Source: a virus
Taxonomy: Duplodnaviria > Caudoviricetes
Length of the DNA stretch: 56,479 nucleotides
IMG/VR virus record: IMGVR_UViG_3300035183_000127
Coordinates: 1 to 56,479 of that record
Strand: one strand, 5' to 3'
Each line of letters starts with the position of its first letter. Within the stretch, counting starts at the first letter, position 1. Shown piece after piece: positions 25,698-34,410 of the stretch. The notes below the pieces were generated by a model. That model was not told where the DNA came from, did not search any database, and saw nothing but the letters and a program-made list of their open reading frames with translations. A program made the translations under genes and the position numbers.

Positions 25698-26680
25698 TGT
25701 TCCACACCGTTTCGCGGGTAGCAGAAAGCTCTACCAGCACCGGCACCGGCGACTTCTCTCTCGCTGGAGCGCTTGCCGGACACATCCGGGCGAACGCGAT
25801 TCCGAACATCGCGGTCAACGACTTCTTCGATTACGTGATCGAGGCGGTCGATGCGAACGGTGTGCCGAATGGCGACTGGGAAGCAGGCATCGGTACCTAC
25901 AGCGCGGCGAATACACTCTCCCGCACCATCGTCACCGAGTCGAGTAACTCTGGCTCGGCTGTCAACTTCGGCTCCGGCACGAAGTACGTTTACCTGAGCC
26001 CAATTGCGCTGCGGTTCGGTCTGAACCGGAGCCGGTGGGCGTTCTACGAGACGGATTTTTTGGGGCCTGCTGGCGCTGCGACGCTCGAAGCGGCGTCGAT
26101 GATTTGGGACGTTTCGCTCATCGGCGCAGGCACTCAGGTCAAGGTTGCTGGCACTGCTGGGCACCCCGGACAGTGGCGGTGTTCGTCCTCCACGACCGCG
26201 AACAGCGGCGCATACGTGATGAGCGATACGACCGCCTTCTCCATCGAGGGCGGCGAAGTTTCTGAGTTCATCATCAACCCGCAGACTAACACCAACACGA
26301 CGATTAGGGCTGGGCACCACAACGCGACAACCTCGACTGCCCCAACCAACGGTGTGTTCTTTGAGATCGTCGCAGGTGCAGTAGTAGGAGTTTGCCGCAA
26401 CGCCAGCACACAGACAGCTACCGCGACGCTCGCAACGCTATCAACCGCGACGTGGTACCGGCTGCGGTACCGCGTCAACCTTGCCAAGACCGAGGTGTTG
26501 TTCCAAGTCTTTAGTGAGTCTGGAACGCTGCTCGGCTCCGGCACAGTGACGACGAACATACCTACGGCTGCCAACACGATGGGTCACGGGTTGATCGCCA
26601 CGAACAGCGGTACCACCGCCGTGGCGCTCGTGATCGTGGACTACATGTCCCTCGCGTCACTACGTCGCTTGACGAGGTAA
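25697..26680 (+). CDS. Putative tail spike/fibre protein with lectin-like C-domain
   Basis: RVAESSTSTGTG...WE.G.GTY...TLSR...SSN.G..VNF..GTK.V anchor domain; TWYRLR C-domain. Confidence 0.75.
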   Translation: MFHTVSRVAESSTSTGTGDFSLAGALAGHIRANAIPNIAVNDFFDYVIEAVDANGVPNGDWEAGIGTYSAANTLSRTIVTESSNSGSAVNFGSGTKYVYLSPIALRFGLNRSRWAFYETDFLGPAGAATLEAASMIWDVSLIGAGTQVKVAGTAGHPGQWRCSSSTTANSGAYVMSDTTAFSIEGGEVSEFIINPQTNTNTTIRAGHHNATTSTAPTNGVFFEIVAGAVVGVCRNASTQTATATLATLSTATWYRLRYRVNLAKTEVLFQVFSESGTLLGSGTVTTNIPTAANTMGHGLIATNSGTTAVALVIVDYMSLASLRRLTR

Positions 26681-26684
26681 CAGG

Positions 26685-27869
26685 ATGCAGTGGCGCGTAT
26701 ACGGGCGGCTTCCGTATGCGCCCGGCCTGAAACGCCCGGCTCCAGTCGAGCCTGAGGTCCACCTCGTCGACTCGACGTTCATCGCCTCCGGTGCTGCGAC
26801 GAGCACGACGCAGCGGCTGACTGGACTCACCGGCACATTCACCGCTGGCCGGATCAGCGACGACACGAACCCGCTGCCGAGCATCGACATCGGTGCGGAT
26901 GGCAACACTGAGGTCGAGTTCTGCGTCAAGATCGCGGCCTCCGTAACCAACGGGACACAGTTCAAGTTCCGCGTCACGGTCAACGGGACGCCGCTCGATA
27001 CATACACGGTAACGCCAATCGTTACTGCGGGGACGCAGTCTGGCGTCACAGGCACGTTCTCGTCGTCCGTTGCCAGCGCCACACTGTCTGCTACCGGCGT
27101 GGTGAACGACCGAGGTTCGCTATCCTCGACCCTTGGTGCCGCGACCATGTCATCCTCCGGTGTAGTAAACAACCGCGGGACGCTGTCTTCGGTTGTGGAT
27201 AGCGCTGTTCTGACTTCGTCTGGCACCGTTAGCGTCGTGGGGCAACTGTCTGCGGCGCTCGCTGCCACCACGCTAAGTGCTGCCGGGACGGTTAACAACA
27301 GGGGGTCGTTCGCATCTCTGTTGTCGGACGCCACCCTCTCTGCGCCCGGCGTGGTCAACAACAGGGGGACGTTCTCCGGCCTGCTCGATGGAGCAACGAT
27401 GTCGGCATCAGGCTCGGTTGGCAACAACGACGTCTTTGGGTCGCTATCGTCGTCACTGCAGGACTTGGGGGCGTCCTTCTCTGGTGCGGTAACGAACCGT
27501 GGGGTGCTGTCTGGAGCGACCTCTGATGCGGCCCTGTCTGCATCCGGCTTGGTTGACAACAGGGGCTCACTCTCTGTACAGGTTGTGTCTGTCTCACTGT
27601 CAGCCACCGGGGTGGTGGATAACCGTGGGACTCTGTCGTCACAGGTGTCCTCGACGATGTCCTCCTCCGGGCTGGTCACGGTGATTGGCAACCTGTCGAT
27701 GCAGCTTGGTGACGCCACGATGTCCGCTTCAGGCACCGTCAGCCAGAACGCGAGCGGAACATTTTCCGCGCAAGTTCAGGATGCGGTCATGTCGGCGTCA
27801 GGCACATCGGGGGGAGCGGCAACTCAATCTTCCGATTGGATGATTCAATGGAGACGCCGCAGGTATTAG
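26685..27869 (+). CDS. Repeat-containing virion fibre protein
   Basis: About 11 tandem ~22-aa repeats (NNRGTLSS...ATLSASG.V). Confidence 0.8.
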   Translation: MQWRVYGRLPYAPGLKRPAPVEPEVHLVDSTFIASGAATSTTQRLTGLTGTFTAGRISDDTNPLPSIDIGADGNTEVEFCVKIAASVTNGTQFKFRVTVNGTPLDTYTVTPIVTAGTQSGVTGTFSSSVASATLSATGVVNDRGSLSSTLGAATMSSSGVVNNRGTLSSVVDSAVLTSSGTVSVVGQLSAALAATTLSAAGTVNNRGSFASLLSDATLSAPGVVNNRGTFSGLLDGATMSASGSVGNNDVFGSLSSSLQDLGASFSGAVTNRGVLSGATSDAALSASGLVDNRGSLSVQVVSVSLSATGVVDNRGTLSSQVSSTMSSSGLVTVIGNLSMQLGDATMSASGTVSQNASGTFSAQVQDAVMSASGTSGGAATQSSDWMIQWRRRRY

Positions 27870-27872
27870 GCG

Positions 27873-27881
27873 TGCTATAGT
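27873..27881 (+). promoter_or_regulatory. Extended -10 promoter for head genes
   Basis: TG-C-TATAGT; context GGCGTGCTAT shared with the 4263 promoter. Confidence 0.45.
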
Positions 27882-27956
27882 CTCCGGCGGAACAATTTGG
27901 AATTTCTATGGTCAGAGGCGCAGGGGTTAGTGCGCCCACACATTTTGGGGTACCGT

Positions 27957-28205
27957 TTGTCCATCGAATCGTTCACGGCGACCGACTTCCAGTCGTCCAC
28001 TTGGTTGAAGCTCCGGAGGCTCATGGAGGAGCGGCTGCAGCTTCACCGCGAAATGAACGACGAACCAATCCCCGAGAGCGATACGTCCATCCTGCGTGGG
28101 CGTATCGCAGAGTTGAGGTTTCTGCTTGCGCTTCCCGAGTACGTTCTGCGTGCTAGGGAGGCCCAAGTAACAATCGAACCGGGTGACATCTCGTCGATGT
28201 ATTGA
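27957..28205 (+). CDS. Small head-assembly protein preceding the scaffold
   Basis: S.TW.KL...E.RL...R..ND......T..LRGRIAEL..LL.L; start uncertain. Confidence 0.7.
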   Translation: MSIESFTATDFQSSTWLKLRRLMEERLQLHREMNDEPIPESDTSILRGRIAELRFLLALPEYVLRAREAQVTIEPGDISSMY

Positions 28206-28233
28206 CCCCGTTCGGTAACCACACGGAGCACGT

Positions 28234-29079
28234 ATGGCCGTTGAGCCGGACAAGCAAGAGGAACTGACACCGGAGCAAATCTGGAGTGAGCTTGATGCAG
28301 CGGAATCCGCCGGGGAGAACCCGCCGGAGGAGCAGCAGGCGCACACTGAATCTGCTCAGAAGCAGGAGGAGAAGGCTGAGGAGAAGGCGGCCCCAGCTCA
28401 AGCGCTCTCTGACGAAGAGAGGGCGATGCTGCGGCAGCTACCTGAGCTGGTACACCTCGTCAAGACGACCGTAGGGAGGGTCGGATCTCTCCAGTCTGAG
28501 CTTCAGAAGATCGGGAAGGCTGCCGCCACACAGGCCGCAGACTCTCCGACCGAGAAGCAGATTGAGAGGGCGTCCGAGAGTCCCGAGGCGTGGAAGAAGC
28601 TGAAGGAAGACTTCCCCGACTGGGCGGAAGGTGTCGAGGCGTACGTCTCGTCACGAATTCCCAGTAGCGCTGCACCCGACACCCAAAAGATCGTGTCGGA
28701 GGCGGTCGCAAGAGCGAGGGCAGAGGTTGTGGCCCTGCGCGAGAAGGAAGCCGAGGAGGAGTTGGACGACACTAGGCCAGATTGGCGAAACGTCGTCAAG
28801 GGGGAGGACTTCGCGAAGTGGCTCTCGTCGCAGCCCGCTGAATATCAGCAGCGCGCCATGTCGACGTGGAGACCTTCAGCGGTTCTCCGAATCATCTCCG
28901 ACTTTGAGAAGGCTTCAAAACCGAAGCCGCAGGAGGGTGCGCCGCAGAAGCGTCTTGCTTCCGCAGCAATCCCGAGCGGAACGTCCAACAAAGTCAACCT
29001 GACGAAGTCCGTCGATGAAATGTCGCCACAGGAACTGTGGGCCTACTTCGACGAGATGGATCGTCGTGGCAAGAGATAA
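28234..29079 (+). CDS. Capsid scaffolding protein
   Basis: Acidic N-terminus, LKEDFPDWAE, PDW..VV....F..WL..QP; immediately upstream of MCP. Confidence 0.85.
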   Translation: MAVEPDKQEELTPEQIWSELDAAESAGENPPEEQQAHTESAQKQEEKAEEKAAPAQALSDEERAMLRQLPELVHLVKTTVGRVGSLQSELQKIGKAAATQAADSPTEKQIERASESPEAWKKLKEDFPDWAEGVEAYVSSRIPSSAAPDTQKIVSEAVARARAEVVALREKEAEEELDDTRPDWRNVVKGEDFAKWLSSQPAEYQQRAMSTWRPSAVLRIISDFEKASKPKPQEGAPQKRLASAAIPSGTSNKVNLTKSVDEMSPQELWAYFDEMDRRGKR

Positions 29080-29093
29080 CGGAGTAACCTGAA

Positions 29094-30116
29094 ATGACCA
29101 TGCAAGCCTACCTCAGTCCCGCGCCGCCGCGAGTTCTTGTCCGTGCGGAGCGCGAACTTCTGAAGTCTGCGGAACCGATCATGGTGCTGTCGTCCTTCGG
29201 CGTCCAGAAGCAGCAGCCGAAGAACAAGACGGACACGATTGTGTTCCGCCGGTACCTGCCGCTCGATGCGGCCTCCAACGGCGCACCTGTCGTCGACGCG
29301 TCGAACTACGTGCTCGCCGAGGGTATGACGCCGAATGCACGGACCCTGACGCCGCAGGACGTCCAAGTGACGCTGCAGCAGTATGGCGTCCTCATGAAGC
29401 TCACGAACAAGACCGAAGACATGCACGAAGATGACATCCCGGCCGAGATGATCAAGAAGGTTGGCGAGCACATGGGCTCGCTGGCTGAGGTCATCAACTA
29501 CGGGGTCGTCCGCTCCGGCACCAACGTGATCACGGCAAGTGGCGGCGCACGCAACACCATCAACAGCCCGATCACTCTGAACCTGCTGCGGAAGGCTGAC
29601 CGGCAGCTTCAGGCTGCCCACGCGCGCGAGGTTACGCAGCGGATCGCCTCCGGGGTCAACTTCGGTACGGAGCCGGTTGCGCCGTCGTATCTGGTGTTCG
29701 CCCACACGGACGTCATCGCCGACATCCGCAACATCGCGGGCTTCACTCCCATCGAGGAGTACGGCTCCTTCAAGCCGGTGCATGACCGCGAAGTCGGAAA
29801 GATCGAGTGCTTCCGCGTCATCTCGTCGCCCTACTTCCGTCCGTTCGCCAACGCTGGCTCGGCAACGCTGAACGGCATGATCGGCGGTACCGCCGTCGAC
29901 GTCTACCCGGTCATCGTGGTCGGTGAGGATGCGTGGGGTCAGGTTGCCCTGAAGGGTCAGGGTGCCGTCAGCCCGACGTACCTGCCTGCGAAGGTCAAGA
30001 ACCACGCGAACCCGATGGGCATGTTCGGCTACGTCGGTGCCGACTTCTGGAAGGCGGCCGTCCGGCTCAACGAGTTCTGGATGGTCCGCATCGAAGTTGG
30101 TGCGACCAACCTGTAA
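29094..30116 (+). CDS. Major capsid protein, N4-gp56 family
   Basis: FRRY.PL...LAEG.TP...LQQYG, F.P.E.YG....EVG, DVYP..V.G.DA.G.V.LKG, PMG..GYVG. Confidence 0.93.
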   Translation: MTMQAYLSPAPPRVLVRAERELLKSAEPIMVLSSFGVQKQQPKNKTDTIVFRRYLPLDAASNGAPVVDASNYVLAEGMTPNARTLTPQDVQVTLQQYGVLMKLTNKTEDMHEDDIPAEMIKKVGEHMGSLAEVINYGVVRSGTNVITASGGARNTINSPITLNLLRKADRQLQAAHAREVTQRIASGVNFGTEPVAPSYLVFAHTDVIADIRNIAGFTPIEEYGSFKPVHDREVGKIECFRVISSPYFRPFANAGSATLNGMIGGTAVDVYPVIVVGEDAWGQVALKGQGAVSPTYLPAKVKNHANPMGMFGYVGADFWKAAVRLNEFWMVRIEVGATNL

Positions 30117-30122
30117 CCTGAG

Positions 30123-30143
30123 TGTGGGGGCCTAGCCCCCACA
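30123..30143 (+). terminator. Hairpin after MCP
   Basis: TGTGGGGGC-CTA-GCCCCCACA, no long U tract. Confidence 0.5.
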
Positions 30144-30158
30144 TAACCGGAGGACCAC

Positions 30159-30374
30159 ATGCCGTACAAGCAAGTACTCAACAGCACCCGGGCCTTCACG
30201 GCGTCCGAGGTCCACCTCCTGATTCAGGAGAATGACCTGCTGCGCGCCGAGTTGGACGACATCCGCACCAAGTTTGGCCAACTTCTGGCGAAGCTCGATG
30301 CGGACGCCGGGGTCACTGACACCAACTACGCGTCGCTCCTCGCGCTTGCTGCTGCGAAATTCACCGCGACCTGA
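30159..30374 (+). CDS. Small virion protein
   Basis: GGAGG SD; AKLDADAGVTDTNY motif. Confidence 0.75.
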   Translation: MPYKQVLNSTRAFTASEVHLLIQENDLLRAELDDIRTKFGQLLAKLDADAGVTDTNYASLLALAAAKFTAT

Positions 30375-30388
30375 TCGGAGACACTGAA

Positions 30389-30832
30389 ATGAGCTACAAC
30401 CTGCAAGACAACTCTGGCCTCAGCGGCTGCTTCTCGAAGGCGGGCCTGACCATCGCCACCACGACGTCGGCGTACCGCATCGTCAACGCGACGCCGTACG
30501 CGATCAACGGGAAGCTGTACTCGAAGGCGGCGACGGACAACATCGCCTTCTCGGCGTGGAGCGGATCCCTGACGAACCTCTCTGCCGGTCAAGCGTGCGC
30601 GCTACTCGTGCTCCTTGACTCGGCTGGCACCGCCAAGGTTGCTCAGGGCCCAGTCGTCGAAGCCGGGTCGGCGTGCCCGCTGCCTCCGGTCCCTAACGGG
30701 TACGCCACCGTTGGCGCGATCAAGATCGTTGCCAGCACGGTCGCCTTCACGTTCGGGACGACTGCACTGAACGCCTCCGGCACCACCGTCACCTACACCG
30801 ACCTCGCCAGCCACCCGGGCGAGGCGCTCTAA
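30389..30832 (+). CDS. Putative capsid decoration protein
   Basis: Follows MCP; beta-rich, FTFGTTALNA. Confidence 0.7.
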   Translation: MSYNLQDNSGLSGCFSKAGLTIATTTSAYRIVNATPYAINGKLYSKAATDNIAFSAWSGSLTNLSAGQACALLVLLDSAGTAKVAQGPVVEAGSACPLPPVPNGYATVGAIKIVASTVAFTFGTTALNASGTTVTYTDLASHPGEAL

Positions 30833-30847
30833 CCGGTGTAGTCCCGA

Positions 30848-30878
30848 AGGGGGGCACGAGTGTGTCCCCCTCTTTTTT
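30848..30878 (+). terminator. Intrinsic terminator after the head genes
   Basis: GGGGGCAC-GAGT-GTGTCCCC followed by a T run. Confidence 0.75.
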
Positions 30879-30909
30879 CATGTGGCGGACTTCAACAGCA
30901 TGGTGAGCA

Positions 30910-32499
30910 ATGCCACGTAACTCATCTGGCACATATACGCTGCCGACCGGCAACCCGATCACGACGAGGACTCTGATCGAATCCTCGTGGGCCAACAGCA
31001 CGTTGGGCGACATCGCCAACGAGATCACAGGGTCGCTGGCCAGAAATGGTGCTGGCGGGATGACTGGCCCGCTGAAGGCAACCGACGGCGGCGTCACGGC
31101 CCCATCAATCACGTTCGGCTTGGAGACGTCGACTGGTCTGTACCGCGTATCTGCAGGCCAGATAGGAATGACTACGCTCGGTGTGCAGCGCTTCACCATC
31201 AGCGGCTCTGGTGCGACGTTCTCGGTGCCGGTCACGGTTAGCAGCAACATGACTGTGAGCGGCGTCATCTCCGGCAACGGGTCCGGCCTAACCAGCCTGA
31301 ACGCAAGCAACATCTCAGGCACCATTGCGGATGCACAACTGAGCAGCAACGTCGCGCTCAAGAACGCTGCGAACACGTTCACGGCAAATCAGCTGATCAG
31401 CGCGAGCGGCGGCATCGGGCTGACAGTCAATGGCGTGGCTGGAATCTATGCGGCCGACATGACAAGCCCCGCTGATGGAAGCAATAACGCCTACCCACTC
31501 CGCGCTCGCGGCAGCTCAATCGGCGCGGTCTACGCGACCATAGAGAACACCAGCGCGACTGGCACGGCGAACCTGTGGGTCGCGGCTAACAACTTCGCCG
31601 CGCGCATTAAATTGACGTGCTCGCCGACCTTTGGGGCGATTGGCACGGAAACCAACCACCAGCTGTCTTTGAGAACTAACGACACCGACAGGCTCACGAT
31701 CTCAACTGGCGGAAACATCACCATCAACGCCCCGACGAGCGGCTCACATACCGTTAACGGTAATGTGATATTGAGCGCCGGTGCTTCGTCTATTTTCACG
31801 ATCAACTCGTCCGGCTCGACGCAGCTTCGTCTTGAAAATACTGCAGCATCCGCGAACAACAAGAACTGGATCGTATACGCAGATACGGCCTCATTGCAAA
31901 TCCGGCCGTATACCGATGACTACGTATCCAGCACGGCCGCGTTGTCCATCTCTCGAAGTGGAGTTACAGCAGGTTCAGTCCAAACCTACGGCAACGTGAA
32001 CGTTGGTGCCAATCAGAGCGGCATTGGACAACTCGGAGTAGTAACCGGTACAAACGGCCGATCTGGTTTTGTTGCATTCTTCAATCCAAGTGGCGGACGA
32101 GAAGGGTACATTGGCTTTTCACCGACCACAGGTGGAGGCGACGCTGGAACCATTGAGTACATCGCCGGTCGGCATGACTTCGCAGGGCGCGCCAACACGC
32201 GCCCAATCAGTGTCTCGTTCGGTGCTACGCCGACGTTCGATAGTAGCCTGTCGAACACGATCCTCTTCGGCACGATGACTGCCAACGTCACATCGATGAC
32301 GATCAGCAACCCTGTGGATGGTGCCCAGCTGCAAATCAGGTTCGTGCAGGATGCTACAGGTGGGCGTACCGTGACGCTGCCAAGTAACGTGCAAGTAAGC
32401 GGTGCGCTCAATACCGCTGCGAACGCGGTGACGTGGCTCGTGCTTACATATGTGTCATCCGCGTCGCGCTGGGAAGGCACATGGACGCGTGTAAACTAA
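30910..32499 (+). CDS. Tail fibre protein
   Basis: MPRNSSGTYTLP.GNP...I.S.WAN.T..DIA...T.SL.R.G...MTGPL head-binding N-terminus; QDATGGRTVT C-domain. Confidence 0.85.
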   Translation: MPRNSSGTYTLPTGNPITTRTLIESSWANSTLGDIANEITGSLARNGAGGMTGPLKATDGGVTAPSITFGLETSTGLYRVSAGQIGMTTLGVQRFTISGSGATFSVPVTVSSNMTVSGVISGNGSGLTSLNASNISGTIADAQLSSNVALKNAANTFTANQLISASGGIGLTVNGVAGIYAADMTSPADGSNNAYPLRARGSSIGAVYATIENTSATGTANLWVAANNFAARIKLTCSPTFGAIGTETNHQLSLRTNDTDRLTISTGGNITINAPTSGSHTVNGNVILSAGASSIFTINSSGSTQLRLENTAASANNKNWIVYADTASLQIRPYTDDYVSSTAALSISRSGVTAGSVQTYGNVNVGANQSGIGQLGVVTGTNGRSGFVAFFNPSGGREGYIGFSPTTGGGDAGTIEYIAGRHDFAGRANTRPISVSFGATPTFDSSLSNTILFGTMTANVTSMTISNPVDGAQLQIRFVQDATGGRTVTLPSNVQVSGALNTAANAVTWLVLTYVSSASRWEGTWTRVN

Positions 32500-32500
32500 G

Positions 32501-32917
32501 ATGTTCGGCAGGATGATGTTCTTCAGCAGTAGCGGCGTCGTGAATCCGCTGCCGGGGCAAAATCTTTATTCTGCAGGAGTCCCAACTGCATCCTCTCGCC
32601 TAAGAGTTAGTGCGGATGGCTGGATTAGGCATGTTTCTAACGGAACTCCATTCCTAGTGCATCAATGGCACACTGGCGGCGGAGATACGTCACTCTATGT
32701 CCGCTTCACTCTCATCAGCGGAGATGCTCCGAACATTGGGACTCTGAATACGTGGCAACAACTAAATGCAGACCGAGATATTGGAAACTCGGTCTCAACT
32801 CTAGGAGCTTTTAAAAGTAGCGTCATCAAAGTAGAAATAGCTACTGACTCCGGAGGAACTAATATCATCTCGACAAGTTCGCCGAATTACACTGTCGAGG
32901 CCGAGGTGCCCAACTAA
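32501..32917 (+). CDS. Tail-fibre-associated (distal adhesin-like) protein
   Basis: Directly after the tail fibre; lower GC. Confidence 0.6.
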   Translation: MFGRMMFFSSSGVVNPLPGQNLYSAGVPTASSRLRVSADGWIRHVSNGTPFLVHQWHTGGGDTSLYVRFTLISGDAPNIGTLNTWQQLNADRDIGNSVSTLGAFKSSVIKVEIATDSGGTNIISTSSPNYTVEAEVPN

Positions 32918-33008
32918 TAGATCAGTCTGACGGACGCGTTATCGGGTCCGCCGTGCCGCGCCAGAACATTGGAAGCTTCAGCCAACCAACCAACAGGAGA
33001 CGTACGCC

Positions 33009-33197
33009 GTGCAAGACCAGATCAAACTCACGCCAGAGTCAGTGATCGAAGCGCAAAACGCGGTCATAAGCGAACTTCATGGGAAAGTTATCGCGCTGAG
33101 TGCTGCTGTCAATCTGCTGAGCGCAGAAAATCGCTCACTCAAGGAGCAGGTCGCAAGCCTGCGTGGTGAGGGCGAAAAGAGCACCGACCAAGAGTAG
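33009..33197 (+). CDS. Small coiled-coil protein (possible fibre chaperone)
   Basis: AGGAG SD before GTG. Confidence 0.6.
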   Translation: MQDQIKLTPESVIEAQNAVISELHGKVIALSAAVNLLSAENRSLKEQVASLRGEGEKSTDQE

Positions 33198-33237
33198 ACG
33201 GTTCAGGTGTGTCCAACCCTTTTTTCATGGAGCATAT

Positions 33238-33726
33238 ATGGCACGTACACAGCCGACCACTTTCACGAAAGACGTGGCATCCACTGATGACATCAAGCTG
33301 GATGACGTTCAGGTAGACCTCGACAAGGCGAAGTCATCCGGCGTCGACGAAGTTGTCGTTCCAGTCGAGGCCGACATCAGCAAGCTGATGAAGGTCGACG
33401 CATTCTACGCAGAGAAGGTGCTCGTCGCCTTCGCCGAGCCTGCCACAGAGAACGAGACGCCATTCGTGGAGGCGAATGTCAACGGCCACGTCTTCGTCCA
33501 CCGGCGAGACATGCAGCCGGTCGAGGTTCCTCGGATCATCCTCGAATACATCGCCCGCGCCAAGACGATGCGTGTGCGGACTGAGCGGAAGGTTCTGGAG
33601 GACGGCTCAGAGACGATGGTCCCGAAGGTGACCTACTCGCCCGACTACCCCTTCACTGTTCTGCATGACCCGAGCGGCGCAAAGGGCGTCGCTTGGCTGA
33701 AGAGCGTCCTTTCGCAGCCCGGTTGA
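33238..33726 (+). CDS. Conserved virion-morphogenesis protein
   Basis: VNG...R.....VPR...E..ARAK, YPF.V.HDP...G.AWL. Confidence 0.75.
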   Translation: MARTQPTTFTKDVASTDDIKLDDVQVDLDKAKSSGVDEVVVPVEADISKLMKVDAFYAEKVLVAFAEPATENETPFVEANVNGHVFVHRRDMQPVEVPRIILEYIARAKTMRVRTERKVLEDGSETMVPKVTYSPDYPFTVLHDPSGAKGVAWLKSVLSQPG

Positions 33727-33729
33727 TGA

Positions 33730-34410
33730 ATGAACTTCCTTCAGCTTGCACAGAGGGTCAGGCAGGAGGCAGGAATCTCCGGCGACGGCCCAGTATCAGT
33801 CGCCAACCAGACTGGCGAGATGAAGCGGGTCGTCGACTGGACGGCTGAGGCGTGGAGGAAGATTCAGGAGTACAGGACAGACTGGCGCTGGATGCGGGAC
33901 ACGGCAACGACAACGACCGTCTCTGGAACCAACAGGTACTCCCCAACCGGAGCCTCCCCTAACTTCGGACTGACGCGGTGGGGCAGATGGATAGTCACGA
34001 GCTTCTACATCACTGACCCCTCTGGTCAGAACAGGGAGCTTGTGTACATGCCGTACGCCGACTTTCGGAGGAGATTCCTCGTTCTGGCTCCATCTACGGC
34101 GATGCCGACGCACGTCACGGAGGCTCCGAATGGTGACATCATCCTTGGGCCGACTCCAGATGCCGTGTACCCGCTCGTTGGTGACTACTACAAAAGCATT
34201 CAGGAGCTGACTCAGGACAGCGACACTCCGGAGATGCCTGCTGCGCACCACGCAGCCATCATCTACAGGGCCCTGATGATGTACGCACGCTACGAGGCTG
34301 CTGCTGAGATTTATCAGGACGCCTCGAACAACTTCGAGGAGGAGATGTCGCGCCTTGAGCGTGACCAGCTTGAGCAGCCGCAGATATACACACAGACTCT
34401 GGTTGAGTAG
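33730..34410 (+). CDS. Head-tail adaptor (tail tubular protein A-like)
   Basis: MNFLQLAQRVRQE.G, DWRWMR, LGPTPD..Y...DYY, P.MP...H.AI.Y.A. Confidence 0.8.
   Translation: MNFLQLAQRVRQEAGISGDGPVSVANQTGEMKRVVDWTAEAWRKIQEYRTDWRWMRDTATTTTVSGTNRYSPTGASPNFGLTRWGRWIVTSFYITDPSGQNRELVYMPYADFRRRFLVLAPSTAMPTHVTEAPNGDIILGPTPDAVYPLVGDYYKSIQELTQDSDTPEMPAAHHAAIIYRALMMYARYEAAAEIYQDASNNFEEEMSRLERDQLEQPQIYTQTLVE

Noticed and set aside
27040-27810. ~66-bp periodic repeats as a CRISPR array
   Set aside because: These are degenerate in-frame protein repeats with no invariant repeat/unique spacer structure; no cas genes
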